Shown here: positions 1 through 9,438 of the stretch, piece by piece
Layout: each line of letters begins with the position of its first letter
Position numbering within the stretch: position 1 is the first letter of the stretch
Source of the DNA: an uncultured Trueperaceae bacterium
Lineage (GTDB): Bacteria > Deinococcota > Deinococci > Deinococcales > Trueperaceae
Assembly: GCA_963727505.1 (NCBI GenBank)
Contig: CAVSGP010000004.1
Coordinates: forward strand, 352,001-416,000
Length of the DNA: 64,000 nucleotides
Reading direction: 5' to 3'
The notes under the pieces: generated by a model
What the model saw: only the letters and a program-made list of their open reading frames with translations
Told to the model about the DNA's origin: nothing
The model's database searches: none
Translations under genes and position numbers: made by a program

Positions 1-682
1 CCCGGTCGCACAGCTCGGCGACGACGCCCAGGCTGTGCGAGACGTAGAGAACCGCGGTGTCGCGGTCGCGCACCAGGTCCCGGACCAGGTCGAGGATCGT
101 GGCTTCGGTCGTGACGTCGAGATTGGTGGTGGGCTCGTCCAGCACCAGCAGATCGGGCTCGCCGGCGAGCGCCATGGCGATGAGCGCGCGCTGCTGCATC
201 CCACCCGAGAGCTGGTGGGGGTAGGAGCGCGCCACCCTCTCGGGGTCGGCCATCCCCACGGCCTGCAGCATCTCCAAAGCGCGTGACCGGGTCCCCGAGC
301 CGGACCCACCGGTTGGGTCGACCACCTCCTCGATCTGACGTCCGATCCGCCGGGCCGGGTTGAGCGACGGCAAAGGATCCTGGGGAACGAGCGCCACGCT
401 GCGATAGAAGTCGCGGAGCTCGTCGGACGTGAGATCGGCCAGCACGCGACCACGGTAGCGGATGGTCCCCTCGATGACCCGGCCGTTGGGGGGCAATACC
501 TGCAGCAACGCCAGCGCCAGCGTGCTCTTCCCGCTGCCGCTCTCCCCCACCAGCCCGTAGGTCATGCCCGCACGGATGCGGAGGTCGACGCCGCGCACGG
601 CGCGTGACCAGTGCCGACCACGCCGGTAGGCGACGGTGACGCCGTCGAACTCGACCAGGGGGGTGTCAGCGGCGCCGCTCAC
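1..682 (-). CDS. Peptide/nickel ABC transporter ATP-binding subunit (runs off the window edge)
   Basis: Reverse translation gives Walker A GESGSGKS and LLVLDEPTTNLDVTTEA, H-loop YVSHSLGVV; GTG start overlaps the upstream permease stop (GTGA, 679-682). Confidence 0.9.
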   Translation of the reverse strand, partial: MSGAADTPLVEFDGVTVAYRRGRHWSRAVRGVDLRIRAGMTYGLVGESGSGKSTLALALLQVLPPNGRVIEGTIRYRGRVLADLTSDELRDFYRSVALVPQDPLPSLNPARRIGRQIEEVVDPTGGSGSGTRSRALEMLQAVGMADPERVARSYPHQLSGGMQQRALIAMALAGEPDLLVLDEPTTNLDVTTEATILDLVRDLVRDRDTAVLYVSHSLGVVAELCDR

Positions 683-1548
683 GGCCCGGCTCCGACCTGC
701 AGGACGCGCTTGAGCCCGTCCGCCAGGAGGTTGACGCCGATCACCAGCAGCGAGATCGCCAGCGCCGGAAAGGTCAGCGTCCAGGGCGTGATGTAGACGA
801 AGTCCCGCGCCTCGCTGACCATGAGACCCCAGTCGGGGTTGGGGGGCTGCACCCCGACCCCCAGGAACCCCAGCGACGCGACCAGGAAGATGGCGTAGGA
901 GAAGCGAAGGGCCGACTCGACCGCCAGCGCGGGCAGCACACTGGGGAGGATCTCACGACCCAGGATGAAGGCCGTGCTCTCCCCCTGCATCCGCGCGGCG
1001 AGCACGTACTCCTTGGTCTTGGTGTCGAGCACCACGCTCCGCACAACGCGCGCGACGATCGGGGTATACGCCACCGCGATGACCGCCAGCACACTGCTGC
1101 GTGACGGCCCCAGCGAGCCCAGCAGCAGCAGCGCCAGCAGCAGCGCTGGAACCGCCAGCAGGCTGTCGAAGAAACGGTAGGTGATCTCATCGGCCCAACC
1201 GCCGCGGTAGGTGGCGAACAACCCCAGCAGCGTTCCCACCAGCACGGCGATGAGCGTTCCGCTGCCGGCGAGGAGGAAGATGTCGCGGTCGCCGACCACC
1301 ACCCGACTGAAGACGTCGCGGCCGAGGTGATCGGTGCCGAACAGATGCTGCATGGACGGGGGCTGGCTGCGGTCGGTGAAGACCTGCTCGGTGGCCCCGT
1401 AGGGCGTCGCCAGCGGTCCCAGCACCGCCAGGACCAGGAAGACCGCTACCAGGCTGGTCCCGAGAGCGGACGACGGCTTGCCGTAGAGCTCGAGCAGGCC
1501 ACGCAGCCAGCCGCTGCGGCGCACGGTGGCCCGCGCGGAGCTAGCCAT
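679..1548 (-). CDS. Peptide ABC transporter permease (DppC/OppC type)
   Basis: HLFGTDHLGRDVFSR, EYVLAARMQGES (EAA loop) and SLGFLGVGVQPPNPDWG motifs. Confidence 0.92.
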   Translation of the reverse strand: MASSARATVRRSGWLRGLLELYGKPSSALGTSLVAVFLVLAVLGPLATPYGATEQVFTDRSQPPSMQHLFGTDHLGRDVFSRVVVGDRDIFLLAGSGTLIAVLVGTLLGLFATYRGGWADEITYRFFDSLLAVPALLLALLLLGSLGPSRSSVLAVIAVAYTPIVARVVRSVVLDTKTKEYVLAARMQGESTAFILGREILPSVLPALAVESALRFSYAIFLVASLGFLGVGVQPPNPDWGLMVSEARDFVYITPWTLTFPALAISLLVIGVNLLADGLKRVLQVGAGP

Positions 1549-1593
1549 GGCCGATGCCCGCATGCGAATGGGTCATCGTGGGGGGCATCGGAA

Positions 1594-1627
1594 GCTCGTG
1601 GGCATGCCGTTCAGCGTGCCCACGAGC
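1594..1627. other. Stem-loop between the substrate-binding protein and permease genes
   Basis: GCTCGTGGGCATGC-N6-GCGTGCCCACGAGC inverted repeat with one imperfect pair; typical mRNA-stabilising or attenuating position. Confidence 0.55.
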
Positions 1628-1634
1628 CACGTAC

Positions 1635-3164
1635 CTACTGGGCGTGGACGGCCGCCAGGTCGGTGCGACCGGCGAACGCCTTCATCTGGAAGCCGGTGAA
1701 GCCATCTCGGATGGCGCCGAGCTGCGGGAAGAAGTACGGGATCACGATGGGACCGCTGCTCGCCAGCAACTGCTGGATCTTGTGGTAATCGTCGATGCGC
1801 TTCTGGGTGTCCAGGGTGTTGCCGGCCTCCTTGGCCAGCTTGTCGAACTCCTGGTTACAGAAGTGGCTCTCGTTCCACTTGGCCCCGCACTCGAGCATCA
1901 CGTTCAAGTAGAACTGCGGGTAGGGGCGCGAGCCCCAGCCGGTGATGCCGAAGTCGACCTGCAGCCACTTGTTGTCCCCGTAGTAGACGCTCTCGGGCTC
2001 GACCACGACGTTGATGTCGAACCCGGCCTTGGCGAGCTGCTGCTTCAGCACGACGGCCAGGTCGGGCCTATCGCCGGTGTTGGGGGTGTACAGGTCGAGC
2101 TTGAGGCCGTTGGGGTAGCCGGCTTCCTTGAGCAGCTCCTTGGCCTTGGCGGGATCGGTAGCGGGCGGCGTGGCACCGGCGTCGAAGTACTTCTTGTACA
2201 GCGGGCCGATGGGGCTGTCGTTGCCGACGACGCCCAGCCCCTGGGTCACGGCCTCGGTGATGGCCTTGCGATCGACCCCCAGCTTCAAGGCCTGGACGAC
2301 CCGGGGGTCACTGCCCGGCTTGTGGTCGCTGCGGAGCCGCACGACGTTGAAACCGTTGGTGGGCACGTCGACCCGCGTGACCCCGTTCACGCCCTTGAGG
2401 GACTCATAGAGCGAGCTCGGAAGGCGCATCGCGAGGTCGATCTGTCCGCCCCGAAGGGCCGAAACCTCGGCCGACTGGTCGCTGAAGAAGATGAGTTGCA
2501 GCGTGCCGACCCCGGGTTTGCCGGCCATGAAGTAGTCCGGGTTGGCCTTGAGCACCATGCGGTCGTCGGGGTGGTAGCTCTGCACGACGAACGGGCCACT
2601 GCCGTCGAAGTTCGAGCCGAAGTCGGTGGTTCCGTTCTTGACGATGACGGCGTGGTTGTCGCTGAGGTCGTAGAGGAAGAAGGGATTGGTCTGCTTGAGC
2701 GTGAAGGTGACCTCGTGCGTGCCGGTGGCCTTGATGGTGTCGATATCGGAGTACAGGTCGGACGTCGGCAGCTTGAGGTCCGGGTTGCGGAGGCGATCGA
2801 AGGTGAAGACCACGTCCTGTGCCGTGACCGGGCTGCCGTCGTGCCAGGTGGCGTTCGGAGCGAGCTGGAAGGTATAGGTCAGCCCGTCCTGAGACACCTT
2901 CCAGGAGCTCGCCAGCCGCGGTTGGATGTTGTTCTCCGCGTCGACATCGACCAAGTAGTCGTAAACGGCGTTGAGGACCGCGATCTCAGCGTCGCTGGAG
3001 GCGTAGGCAGGGTCGAGCTTCGAGGGGGACTCCATCCCCACCCGCAGGGTGCCCGCGGGAACCGACTGCGCCGTCACGCCCCCCAGCATGACCAGGCCCA
3101 GCAGCGCGGCCAGCCCCAAACGCAGACGCGTCAGACGGACGTTCCGAAGGATGTGCATGTACAT
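1635..3164 (-). CDS. Peptide ABC transporter substrate-binding protein (family 5)
   Basis: Signal peptide, LDP, WHDGSPVTAQDVVFTF, DPRVVQAL motifs; RBS GGGAGG before ATG 3164. Confidence 0.93.
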   Translation of the reverse strand: MYMHILRNVRLTRLRLGLAALLGLVMLGGVTAQSVPAGTLRVGMESPSKLDPAYASSDAEIAVLNAVYDYLVDVDAENNIQPRLASSWKVSQDGLTYTFQLAPNATWHDGSPVTAQDVVFTFDRLRNPDLKLPTSDLYSDIDTIKATGTHEVTFTLKQTNPFFLYDLSDNHAVIVKNGTTDFGSNFDGSGPFVVQSYHPDDRMVLKANPDYFMAGKPGVGTLQLIFFSDQSAEVSALRGGQIDLAMRLPSSLYESLKGVNGVTRVDVPTNGFNVVRLRSDHKPGSDPRVVQALKLGVDRKAITEAVTQGLGVVGNDSPIGPLYKKYFDAGATPPATDPAKAKELLKEAGYPNGLKLDLYTPNTGDRPDLAVVLKQQLAKAGFDINVVVEPESVYYGDNKWLQVDFGITGWGSRPYPQFYLNVMLECGAKWNESHFCNQEFDKLAKEAGNTLDTQKRIDDYHKIQQLLASSGPIVIPYFFPQLGAIRDGFTGFQMKAFAGRTDLAAVHAQ

Positions 3165-3234
3165 GGTGTCCTCCCAGATCCTGATGCTAAGCGGCCATCG
3201 TAGCCGACTTGACGGTGGTCGATGCGAACGCGGC

Positions 3235-3876
3235 TCACGCGCGCGGCGTGTTCCAGCCGTTCGCGGGCAAGCACTCCCCGGCTTCCAGCGCCATGTCGAC
3301 GCGGTTCTCGGGGGGTGCCAGTGGGCAGTCCCACCGCGGGCTGTAGGCGCAGCTCGGGTGGTAGGCATAGTTGAAGTCGAGGACCATGCGTCCGTCCTCG
3401 ACGCCGAGGTCGGCGTGCTTGCGGGTATCGATCAGGTAGCGACCGCCACCGTAGGTGCGGTCGCCGGCGGAGCCGTCCCGGAACGGCAGGAAGAGGCCGC
3501 CCCCGTAGCCCAGGAGACGGTAGAGGGCAAGCCGGAAGCGCCGTCCAGCGAGGTCGAACGCCAGGTACGCCAGACGCTCCAGCTGCAACACCCCGTCCTC
3601 GTGCAAGGTGATCTGGAAAGCCTCCCCCGGCGCGTCCTCCGCGTCCGCCAACACCCGGTAAGCGGGGTCGAACGAGAAGTAGGGCACGCTCGTCATCGAC
3701 GCCCGGTCCTCGGTACGGAGCGGCGAGCACGGATGGTGGGCGAACAGCTCGTCGCGCAGGGCGCGGAAGTGCCTCCATCGGACATCGGCCGGGCCGGCGC
3801 CACGCGCCACCTCGTACATCCCAGCCACCCGCCGACGGAAATCGACGAGTTGCAGTGCGCTGGCGGTGGCGTCCAG
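3235..3876 (-). CDS. DUF1684 family protein
   Basis: LFLPFRDGSAGDRTYGGGRYL, LDFNYAYHPSCAYSPRWDCPLAPPENR; start uncertain (CTG after GGGGAGG). Confidence 0.85.
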   Translation of the reverse strand: MDATASALQLVDFRRRVAGMYEVARGAGPADVRWRHFRALRDELFAHHPCSPLRTEDRASMTSVPYFSFDPAYRVLADAEDAPGEAFQITLHEDGVLQLERLAYLAFDLAGRRFRLALYRLLGYGGGLFLPFRDGSAGDRTYGGGRYLIDTRKHADLGVEDGRMVLDFNYAYHPSCAYSPRWDCPLAPPENRVDMALEAGECLPANGWNTPRA

Positions 3877-3943
3877 GATGCAGCCTCCCCTTGGAGAACG
3901 AGCCACGAGACGGTGCCACAAGACGGACCCGTAGAATGAGCCT

Positions 3944-4720
3944 ATGCAACCCATCCTAACGGACCGGCAGGGGGCAGTCCGTATTCTCACCTTGAATCGA
4001 CCGACCGTTAGGAACGCCCTCAGCACGGAGCTTCGCGGCGCCCTGGCGGAGGCGCTGCGGGAGGCGGCCGACGACGAGGAAACCCGTGCGGTGGTGCTCA
4101 CCGGCGCGGGCGAGGCCTTCTGCGCCGGTCTCGACCTCCGGGAGTTGGAGGGGATGAGCGAACGCAGCGCCGAGGAGAACCGCACCGACTCGCGCCGCCT
4201 GGCCGACCTCCTGCTGCAGATCGCGACGTTCCCCAAGCCGGTCGTGGCGGCCGTCAACGGGCCGGCGGTGGCGGGCGGGGCGGGGATCGTGACCGCTTGC
4301 GATCTCGCCGTGATGGACCGCAACGCACGTATCGGTTACACGGAGGCGCGCATCGGCTTCGTCGCGGCGCTGGTGTCGGTGTTCCTGGTGCGCCAGGTGG
4401 GCGAGAAGCACACCCGCGATCTGCTGTTGAGCGCGCGCCTGGTCACGGCCGAGGAGGCCGCGGCGATCGGCCTGGTCAACGAGGTCGCGGCGCCCGGCCA
4501 GGCCCTGGCAGCCGCGCTCGACCGGGCGCGGGGACTGGCCCGGAATGCCCCCGGATCCCTGTCGATGACCAAGACGCTGCTGGCCGGGGTGCCCTCGATG
4601 AGCCTGGAGGACGGCCTGCGCTATGCCGTGGAGGTGAACGCCGCCGCACGGGAGCGCGACGAGCTGCGCGAGGGCGTACGCGCCTTCCTGGAGAAGCGCG
4701 AGCCGCGCTGGCGCTCGTAA
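3944..4720 (+). CDS. Enoyl-CoA hydratase/isomerase (methylglutaconyl-CoA hydratase-like)
   Basis: LNRPTVRNAL, FCAGLDL, KPVVAAVNGPAVAGG, EARIG crotonase motifs. Confidence 0.9.
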   Translation: MQPILTDRQGAVRILTLNRPTVRNALSTELRGALAEALREAADDEETRAVVLTGAGEAFCAGLDLRELEGMSERSAEENRTDSRRLADLLLQIATFPKPVVAAVNGPAVAGGAGIVTACDLAVMDRNARIGYTEARIGFVAALVSVFLVRQVGEKHTRDLLLSARLVTAEEAAAIGLVNEVAAPGQALAAALDRARGLARNAPGSLSMTKTLLAGVPSMSLEDGLRYAVEVNAAARERDELREGVRAFLEKREPRWRS

Positions 4721-4725
4721 CGCGC

Positions 4726-4754
4726 TTGACCCGCTGGCCGCACGGTCCTACGAT
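4726..4754 (+). promoter_or_regulatory. Sigma70-type promoter for ddl
   Basis: TTGACC-N17-TACGAT. Confidence 0.7.
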
Positions 4755-4793
4755 AGCCAGCATGTGTAACTTACACAACTTAGGCGGGACGCC

Positions 4794-5846
4794 GTGACGT
4801 CTGGCAGCGTCGCTCCGCGCGTGTTGCTCCTGTGCGGCGGACGCTCCGAAGAGCACGACGTGTCGCTGGCCTCCGCCCGCTCGGTGCTCGAGGCCGTGGG
4901 CGGCTCGCTCGATGTCACGCCGCGCGTGATCGACCGGAGCGGGCGACTGCTCACGGGCGAGGCCTCTCGTCGCGCCCTGGTCGAGGGGGCCGTCACCGCC
5001 GACGCTCCCGAAGCCGGCGAGGGCGAGGAGCTCACGGGCGGACTGGCCCGCCTCACCGGCGATGGCGTCGACGTGGTGTTCCCGCTGCTCCACGGTCCCT
5101 TCGGGGAAGACGGCAGCGTCCAGGGACTGCTGAGGTTGCTGGGTGTCCCCTTCGTGGGGTCCGACGTGCTGGCGAGCTCGGTTGCGATGGACAAACTCAT
5201 GATGAAGGCGGTCTTCGCCGCCCACGGATTCCCGCAGGTTGGCTACGGGGGTGTGCGCCGCGACGGTTGGACGCTTGACCGCGAGGCGAGCCTGAGCTCC
5301 CTGGAGGCCCTGCCCTGGCCACGTTTCGTCAAGCCCGCCAACCTCGGCTCGAGCATCGGCATCCGCCGGGTCGATACCGCCCTTGCCCAGCAGGAGGCCA
5401 TCGAGGACGCCTTCCGCTTCGACCGCCGCGTCATCGTCGAAGAGGGCGTCCACCCCGTGCGCGAGCTCGAGGTGGCGGTGCTCGGCAACGACGCGCCGGC
5501 GGTGAGCCCGGTCGGCGAGATCCGCCACCGTGCGGACTTCTACGACTACGCCACCAAGTACACCGACGGGCGGGCCGAGTTGCTCATTCCGGCACCCGTG
5601 CCCGCGTCGGTGGCGGAGCGGGCACGGAGCCTGGCCGAACGGGCGTTCCGCGCTCTCGACGTCGCCGGCCTGGCGCGCGTCGACTTCCTCTACCGTGCCG
5701 ACGGCGATGACCTGCTGCTCAACGAGGTCAACACCATGCCGGGCTTCACGCGCCACAGCATGTACCCCAAGCTGTGGGAGGCCGCCGGCGTCCCCTACCC
5801 GGAGCTGATCCGCAGGTTGATCGCACTCGGCATGGAGACGCGCTGA
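4794..5846 (+). CDS. ddl: D-alanine--D-alanine ligase
   Basis: GGRSEEHDVS, LHGPFGEDGSVQG, KPANLGSSIG, FYDYATKY, NEVNTMPGFT. Confidence 0.96.
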   Translation: MTSGSVAPRVLLLCGGRSEEHDVSLASARSVLEAVGGSLDVTPRVIDRSGRLLTGEASRRALVEGAVTADAPEAGEGEELTGGLARLTGDGVDVVFPLLHGPFGEDGSVQGLLRLLGVPFVGSDVLASSVAMDKLMMKAVFAAHGFPQVGYGGVRRDGWTLDREASLSSLEALPWPRFVKPANLGSSIGIRRVDTALAQQEAIEDAFRFDRRVIVEEGVHPVRELEVAVLGNDAPAVSPVGEIRHRADFYDYATKYTDGRAELLIPAPVPASVAERARSLAERAFRALDVAGLARVDFLYRADGDDLLLNEVNTMPGFTRHSMYPKLWEAAGVPYPELIRRLIALGMETR

Positions 5847-5904
5847 TCGCGTCCGCGGGGGCCGAGGGACGAGGACGGGCTGCTATACTCCTCCCAAGTC
5901 CAAT

Positions 5905-6537
5905 CTGGAGGTAACGGCCGCCGCCCGAGCTCCGCACAACACGCCCGACGACATTCCTGCCGCCACCGGGGCCGGGGGCGGGACGCTGGCGCCCGGCGCG
6001 GACGGCGCAGCGCGCCGCACCCCGCTCCTCAACGTCAACCACGCGCGCGTCCTGATCCTCAACGCCAGCTTCGAACCGCTCCACGTCTGCTCGCTCAAGC
6101 GGGCGGTAGGGTTGCTCATGCACGAGGTGGCCGAGCGCGTCGAGGACGGTGACAAGGTCCTCAGGTCGGTCAACCAGGCGTTCCCCGTGCCCAGCGTGAT
6201 CCGACTCAAGCGGTTCGTGAAGCGCCCGTTCCGGCAGCGCGTCGCGTTCAACCGTCGCAACCTCTTCAAGCGCGATGACCACACCTGCCAGTACTGCGGC
6301 ACGCGCAGCAACGACCTCACCCTCGACCACGTCGTTCCGCGCAGCCGTGGCGGCCCCACCAACTGGCACAACGTGGTCGCCTGCTGCAAGCGCTGCAATG
6401 CGCGCAAGCGCGACCGCACCCCCGACGAAGCGAGGATGGCGTTGCGGCGCGATCCGTACGCGCCGCGCTTCATCTTCTCGAGCGCCTACGGCGTGCTTCC
6501 CGACATCGATCCGATCTGGGAGAAGTACCTTCCCTGA
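5905..6537 (+). CDS. HNH endonuclease (McrA-like, zinc-binding); start codon uncertain
   Basis: VLILNASFEPL N-terminal motif at 6049, RRNLFKRDDHTCQYCG, TLDHVVPRSRGG, NVVACCKRCNARK. Confidence 0.85.
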   Translation: MEVTAAARAPHNTPDDIPAATGAGGGTLAPGADGAARRTPLLNVNHARVLILNASFEPLHVCSLKRAVGLLMHEVAERVEDGDKVLRSVNQAFPVPSVIRLKRFVKRPFRQRVAFNRRNLFKRDDHTCQYCGTRSNDLTLDHVVPRSRGGPTNWHNVVACCKRCNARKRDRTPDEARMALRRDPYAPRFIFSSAYGVLPDIDPIWEKYLP

Positions 6538-6606
6538 CGTCGACCGCTCGTCGGGGGCCGGCGCGCGGAAGCGCTCGGCTGCTGGCCGACACGCGCCCGA
6601 CCGGGG

Positions 6607-6969
6607 CTAGATGCGACGGTTGCTGCGCTTGTCCTTGAACAGCCGAGACAAGACCGCGCTGATGACGGTGAGCACGAGCGCCCCGAGCACCGCGCCCCCG
6701 AAGCCACTGACCGTGAGCGGCGTCAACGCGGCGACCACAAGAATCGCGACCGCGTTCACCACCAACAGGAACAAGCCGAAGCTCAGGATGGTGAGCGGGA
6801 GCGTGAGCAGGACCATCAGTGGCCTCACCACGGCGTTCACCAGCCCCAGGACGAGGGCGGCCACCAGATAGGCGCCCACCGTCGGAGGCACGATTCTCAG
6901 CCCCACATGGAGCGCGACGGTAAGCCATAGCGCCAGGGCGTTGAGCGCCCATCGTAAGAGGAGGTTCAT
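6607..6969 (-). CDS. YvlD/phage-holin-like (superfamily IV) membrane protein
   Basis: LVLGLVNAVVRP..LLTLPLTILSFGLFLLVVNA signature; four hydrophobic segments. Confidence 0.85.
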   Translation of the reverse strand: MNLLLRWALNALALWLTVALHVGLRIVPPTVGAYLVAALVLGLVNAVVRPLMVLLTLPLTILSFGLFLLVVNAVAILVVAALTPLTVSGFGGAVLGALVLTVISAVLSRLFKDKRSNRRI

Positions 6970-7021
6970 GGCGTGAGTATAGCTGTCCAGGTCCGGGCAA
7001 CCTCCGCGAACGGCGCTGGGC

Positions 7022-7909
7022 TCACGCCGGCATGCGCACCAGCAGCGCGTAGCGTTCCACGGTCGTGAAGCCCAGCGACATCAGGATGTCGATCAGCTTC
7101 GGGTCGGACGTGCTGAGTTCGGCCACCATCGTGCCGAACGGGCTGACGCCCGCCAGCTCGTTCAGGGTGGAGACCACCAGGCGCCTGAGCATCTCGCTCG
7201 ATTCCCGGTGCTCCTGCAGCACGCCCACACCGTTCAACATGTAACCGGCGTCCAGGCCACGCCGTTCAGCGCCGCAGAAGGCATAGCCGACCGGCTCCTG
7301 GTCGAGCGTCTCACGCGCCACGAACCAGAGGTCGGGCCGGAACGAACCATGTCGGCGCTTCAGGTAGGCCCAGAGGCGATCACTGACGCGGCGGGCTTCG
7401 GCCCGCTCATAGAGATCCCGGAACGCCCGGTCGACCGGCAGGGACCAGGACTCCAACACCAGCGGCAGGCCCAGCGGAGGAACATCGGCGAGCTCGAAGC
7501 GCACCCGTCGGATCTCGTCGGGCAGGAAGCCGAGGGGTTCCAGGACGGACGCCAGTTCGGTCGACCGACGCTCAGGCACGGCGTGGAGCGGGGCGACCGC
7601 CGCCTCGTGAGGGAAACGCTCGAGCATCGCGCCGATCAAGTCCCGGAGCCCGTCCGGATCGTCGTCGTGCCAGGGGCTGACCAACGTCAGCGTCTGGTCG
7701 TCGTCCTCGGACCCGGGAGAGCGCACGTAGACGCCGGCCGACGGCTCGTTGCCGGCGCCGTTCACGAAGCAACGCGAGGCGTCGGTGGTCGGATCGCGCA
7801 GGCGCGGCGCGAGCCGCTGCGACAATCCACGCGGGTCGGAGTGGCCGAGATAGGCCACCGCCCTGCTCACGAACCAGGCCACCTCGTCGGGCGTGAGGCT
7901 TCGAATCAC
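7022..7909 (-). CDS. Hypothetical protein with probable GNAT-like fold
   Basis: PVGYAFC...[13 protein letters not shown] and C-terminal SLGF resemble GNAT motifs; GTG 8 nt after TAGACT. Confidence 0.55.
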   Translation of the reverse strand: MIRSLTPDEVAWFVSRAVAYLGHSDPRGLSQRLAPRLRDPTTDASRCFVNGAGNEPSAGVYVRSPGSEDDDQTLTLVSPWHDDDPDGLRDLIGAMLERFPHEAAVAPLHAVPERRSTELASVLEPLGFLPDEIRRVRFELADVPPLGLPLVLESWSLPVDRAFRDLYERAEARRVSDRLWAYLKRRHGSFRPDLWFVARETLDQEPVGYAFCGAERRGLDAGYMLNGVGVLQEHRESSEMLRRLVVSTLNELAGVSPFGTMVAELSTSDPKLIDILMSLGFTTVERYALLVRMPA

Positions 7910-8108
7910 GGTCGACCAGTCTACCCGATGGCTCGCGGCATCCTCGGGCCGAGGCGTGCCCCCACGCCTGCCCACGGACGCGCCGGCGCGCGAGCGCATT
8001 GCGGTGTACCCGCGACCGCCCTGCATGACGGGACCGTTGGCACGGTATGGTGACATGAGTTCACGCTTCTTTGGCGCGGCCGCTCCGCGCCGAAAGGGGG
8101 AAGGTCGG

Positions 8109-9311
8109 ATGCGAACCTTCAAGTTCGTCGTCGCTGCCTTGGTGCTGGCCCTCGTAGGGTTCGGCGCCATGGCCTCCGCTCAAACCATCACCTTCGGTAC
8201 GTCGCTGCAGCTCACCGGCAGCCTCGCCAACACCGGGCGCTACTACAAGGACGCCTTCCAGATGGCGATCGACACCATCAACCAGCAGGGCGGGGTCACG
8301 GTGGGCGGCAAGACCTACCAGCTCGCGCTCAAGGTGCTGGACAACCAGTCGGACAACAACCTCGCCGTGCGCCAGTACACGCAGCTGCTGACGCAGGACA
8401 AGGTCGACTTCCTACTCGGGCCCTACGCGAGCGACTTCGTGCTGGTGACCTCGGCCGTGGCCGAGAAGTACCAGGTCCCCATGATCGAGGGGGGCGGCTC
8501 CTCCGGCCAGATCTTCAGCCGCGGCTACAAGTACATCTTCGGGACCCTCCCGGCCGCCGGCTCCTACTTCAAGAGCACCATCGACATGATGGGCCAGTTG
8601 AACCCGCCCGTGAAGACGATCGGGCTCCTCTACGCCGACGACTCGTTCGACGTCAGCGTCGCCGAGGGCACCAAGAAGCTGGCGCAAGCCGCTGGTATCG
8701 ACGTGGTGCTCGATCAGCGCTACAGCACCAACGCTTCGGACTTCAGCACCGTCATCTCGCAGCTCAAGAGCAAGAACCCTGACGCCGTGCTGGTCGCGGG
8801 GCATGAGACCGAGTCGCTCAACTTCATCCGTCAGGCCAGGAGCCTCAACTTCAGTCCCAAGATGTACTCCTTCACCGTGGGCGTGCCGACCGCCGACTTC
8901 CGTAAAGCGCTCGCCGCCGACGCGAACTACGCTTTCGGCATGACGCCCTGGCTGCCGCTGGCGAGCCTCAAGGACAGCTACTTCGGGGACGCCGCGCAGT
9001 TCGAGCAGGCCTACAACAAGCGCTTCGGCTACGAGCCCGACTACCACGCCGCATCCGGCGTCGCCGATGTCGAGGCCTTCGTGAAGGCGTTCGAAGCGGC
9101 CGGCAGCCTGGATCCGACAGCGGTGCGCGACGCCATCGCCAACGTCTCGTTCGACAGCCTCTACGGGCACGTGGCGTTCGGCGCCACCGGTCAGATCGAC
9201 CTGCCGCAGACCGTCATCCAGGTCCAGGACGGTAAGCTGGCCACCGTGTTCAGCGGTAGCAACTTCGAGACGCAACCCCAGTACCCGATGCCGGCATGGA
9301 GCGCGCGCTAG
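8109..9311 (+). CDS. Branched-chain amino acid-type ABC substrate-binding protein
   Basis: Signal peptide, [23 protein letters not shown]; first gene of a liv-like operon. Confidence 0.9.
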   Translation: MRTFKFVVAALVLALVGFGAMASAQTITFGTSLQLTGSLANTGRYYKDAFQMAIDTINQQGGVTVGGKTYQLALKVLDNQSDNNLAVRQYTQLLTQDKVDFLLGPYASDFVLVTSAVAEKYQVPMIEGGGSSGQIFSRGYKYIFGTLPAAGSYFKSTIDMMGQLNPPVKTIGLLYADDSFDVSVAEGTKKLAQAAGIDVVLDQRYSTNASDFSTVISQLKSKNPDAVLVAGHETESLNFIRQARSLNFSPKMYSFTVGVPTADFRKALAADANYAFGMTPWLPLASLKDSYFGDAAQFEQAYNKRFGYEPDYHAASGVADVEAFVKAFEAAGSLDPTAVRDAIANVSFDSLYGHVAFGATGQIDLPQTVIQVQDGKLATVFSGSNFETQPQYPMPAWSAR

Positions 9312-9336
9312 CGCCCTCCGACGCCGGAGTCCGCGT

Positions 9337-9363
9337 GCGGCCCGTCCGTCCAGGACGGGCCGC
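9337..9363 (+). other. Stem-loop after the substrate-binding protein gene
   Basis: GCGGCCCGTCC-GTCCA-GGACGGGCCGC perfect 11-bp stem. Confidence 0.55.
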
Positions 9364-9438
9364 CGCACAGGCGCGCCGCGATCGACCCGGGGGCCGGTCG
9401 CGGCGCCGCCTCGCGCGTACCCTGCGCGGGCCTCGAAC

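Noticed and set aside
1554..3203. Long antisense or alternate-frame ORFs (also 14032-15693, 44886-47030, 57531-59630 and others)
   Set aside because: Shadow ORFs expected from stop-codon scarcity at high GC; they overlap well-supported genes and carry no motifs
5905..6969. HNH nuclease plus holin-like gene as a prophage remnant
   Set aside because: The genes are convergent, both families are common chromosomal genes, and there are no phage structural or integrase genes
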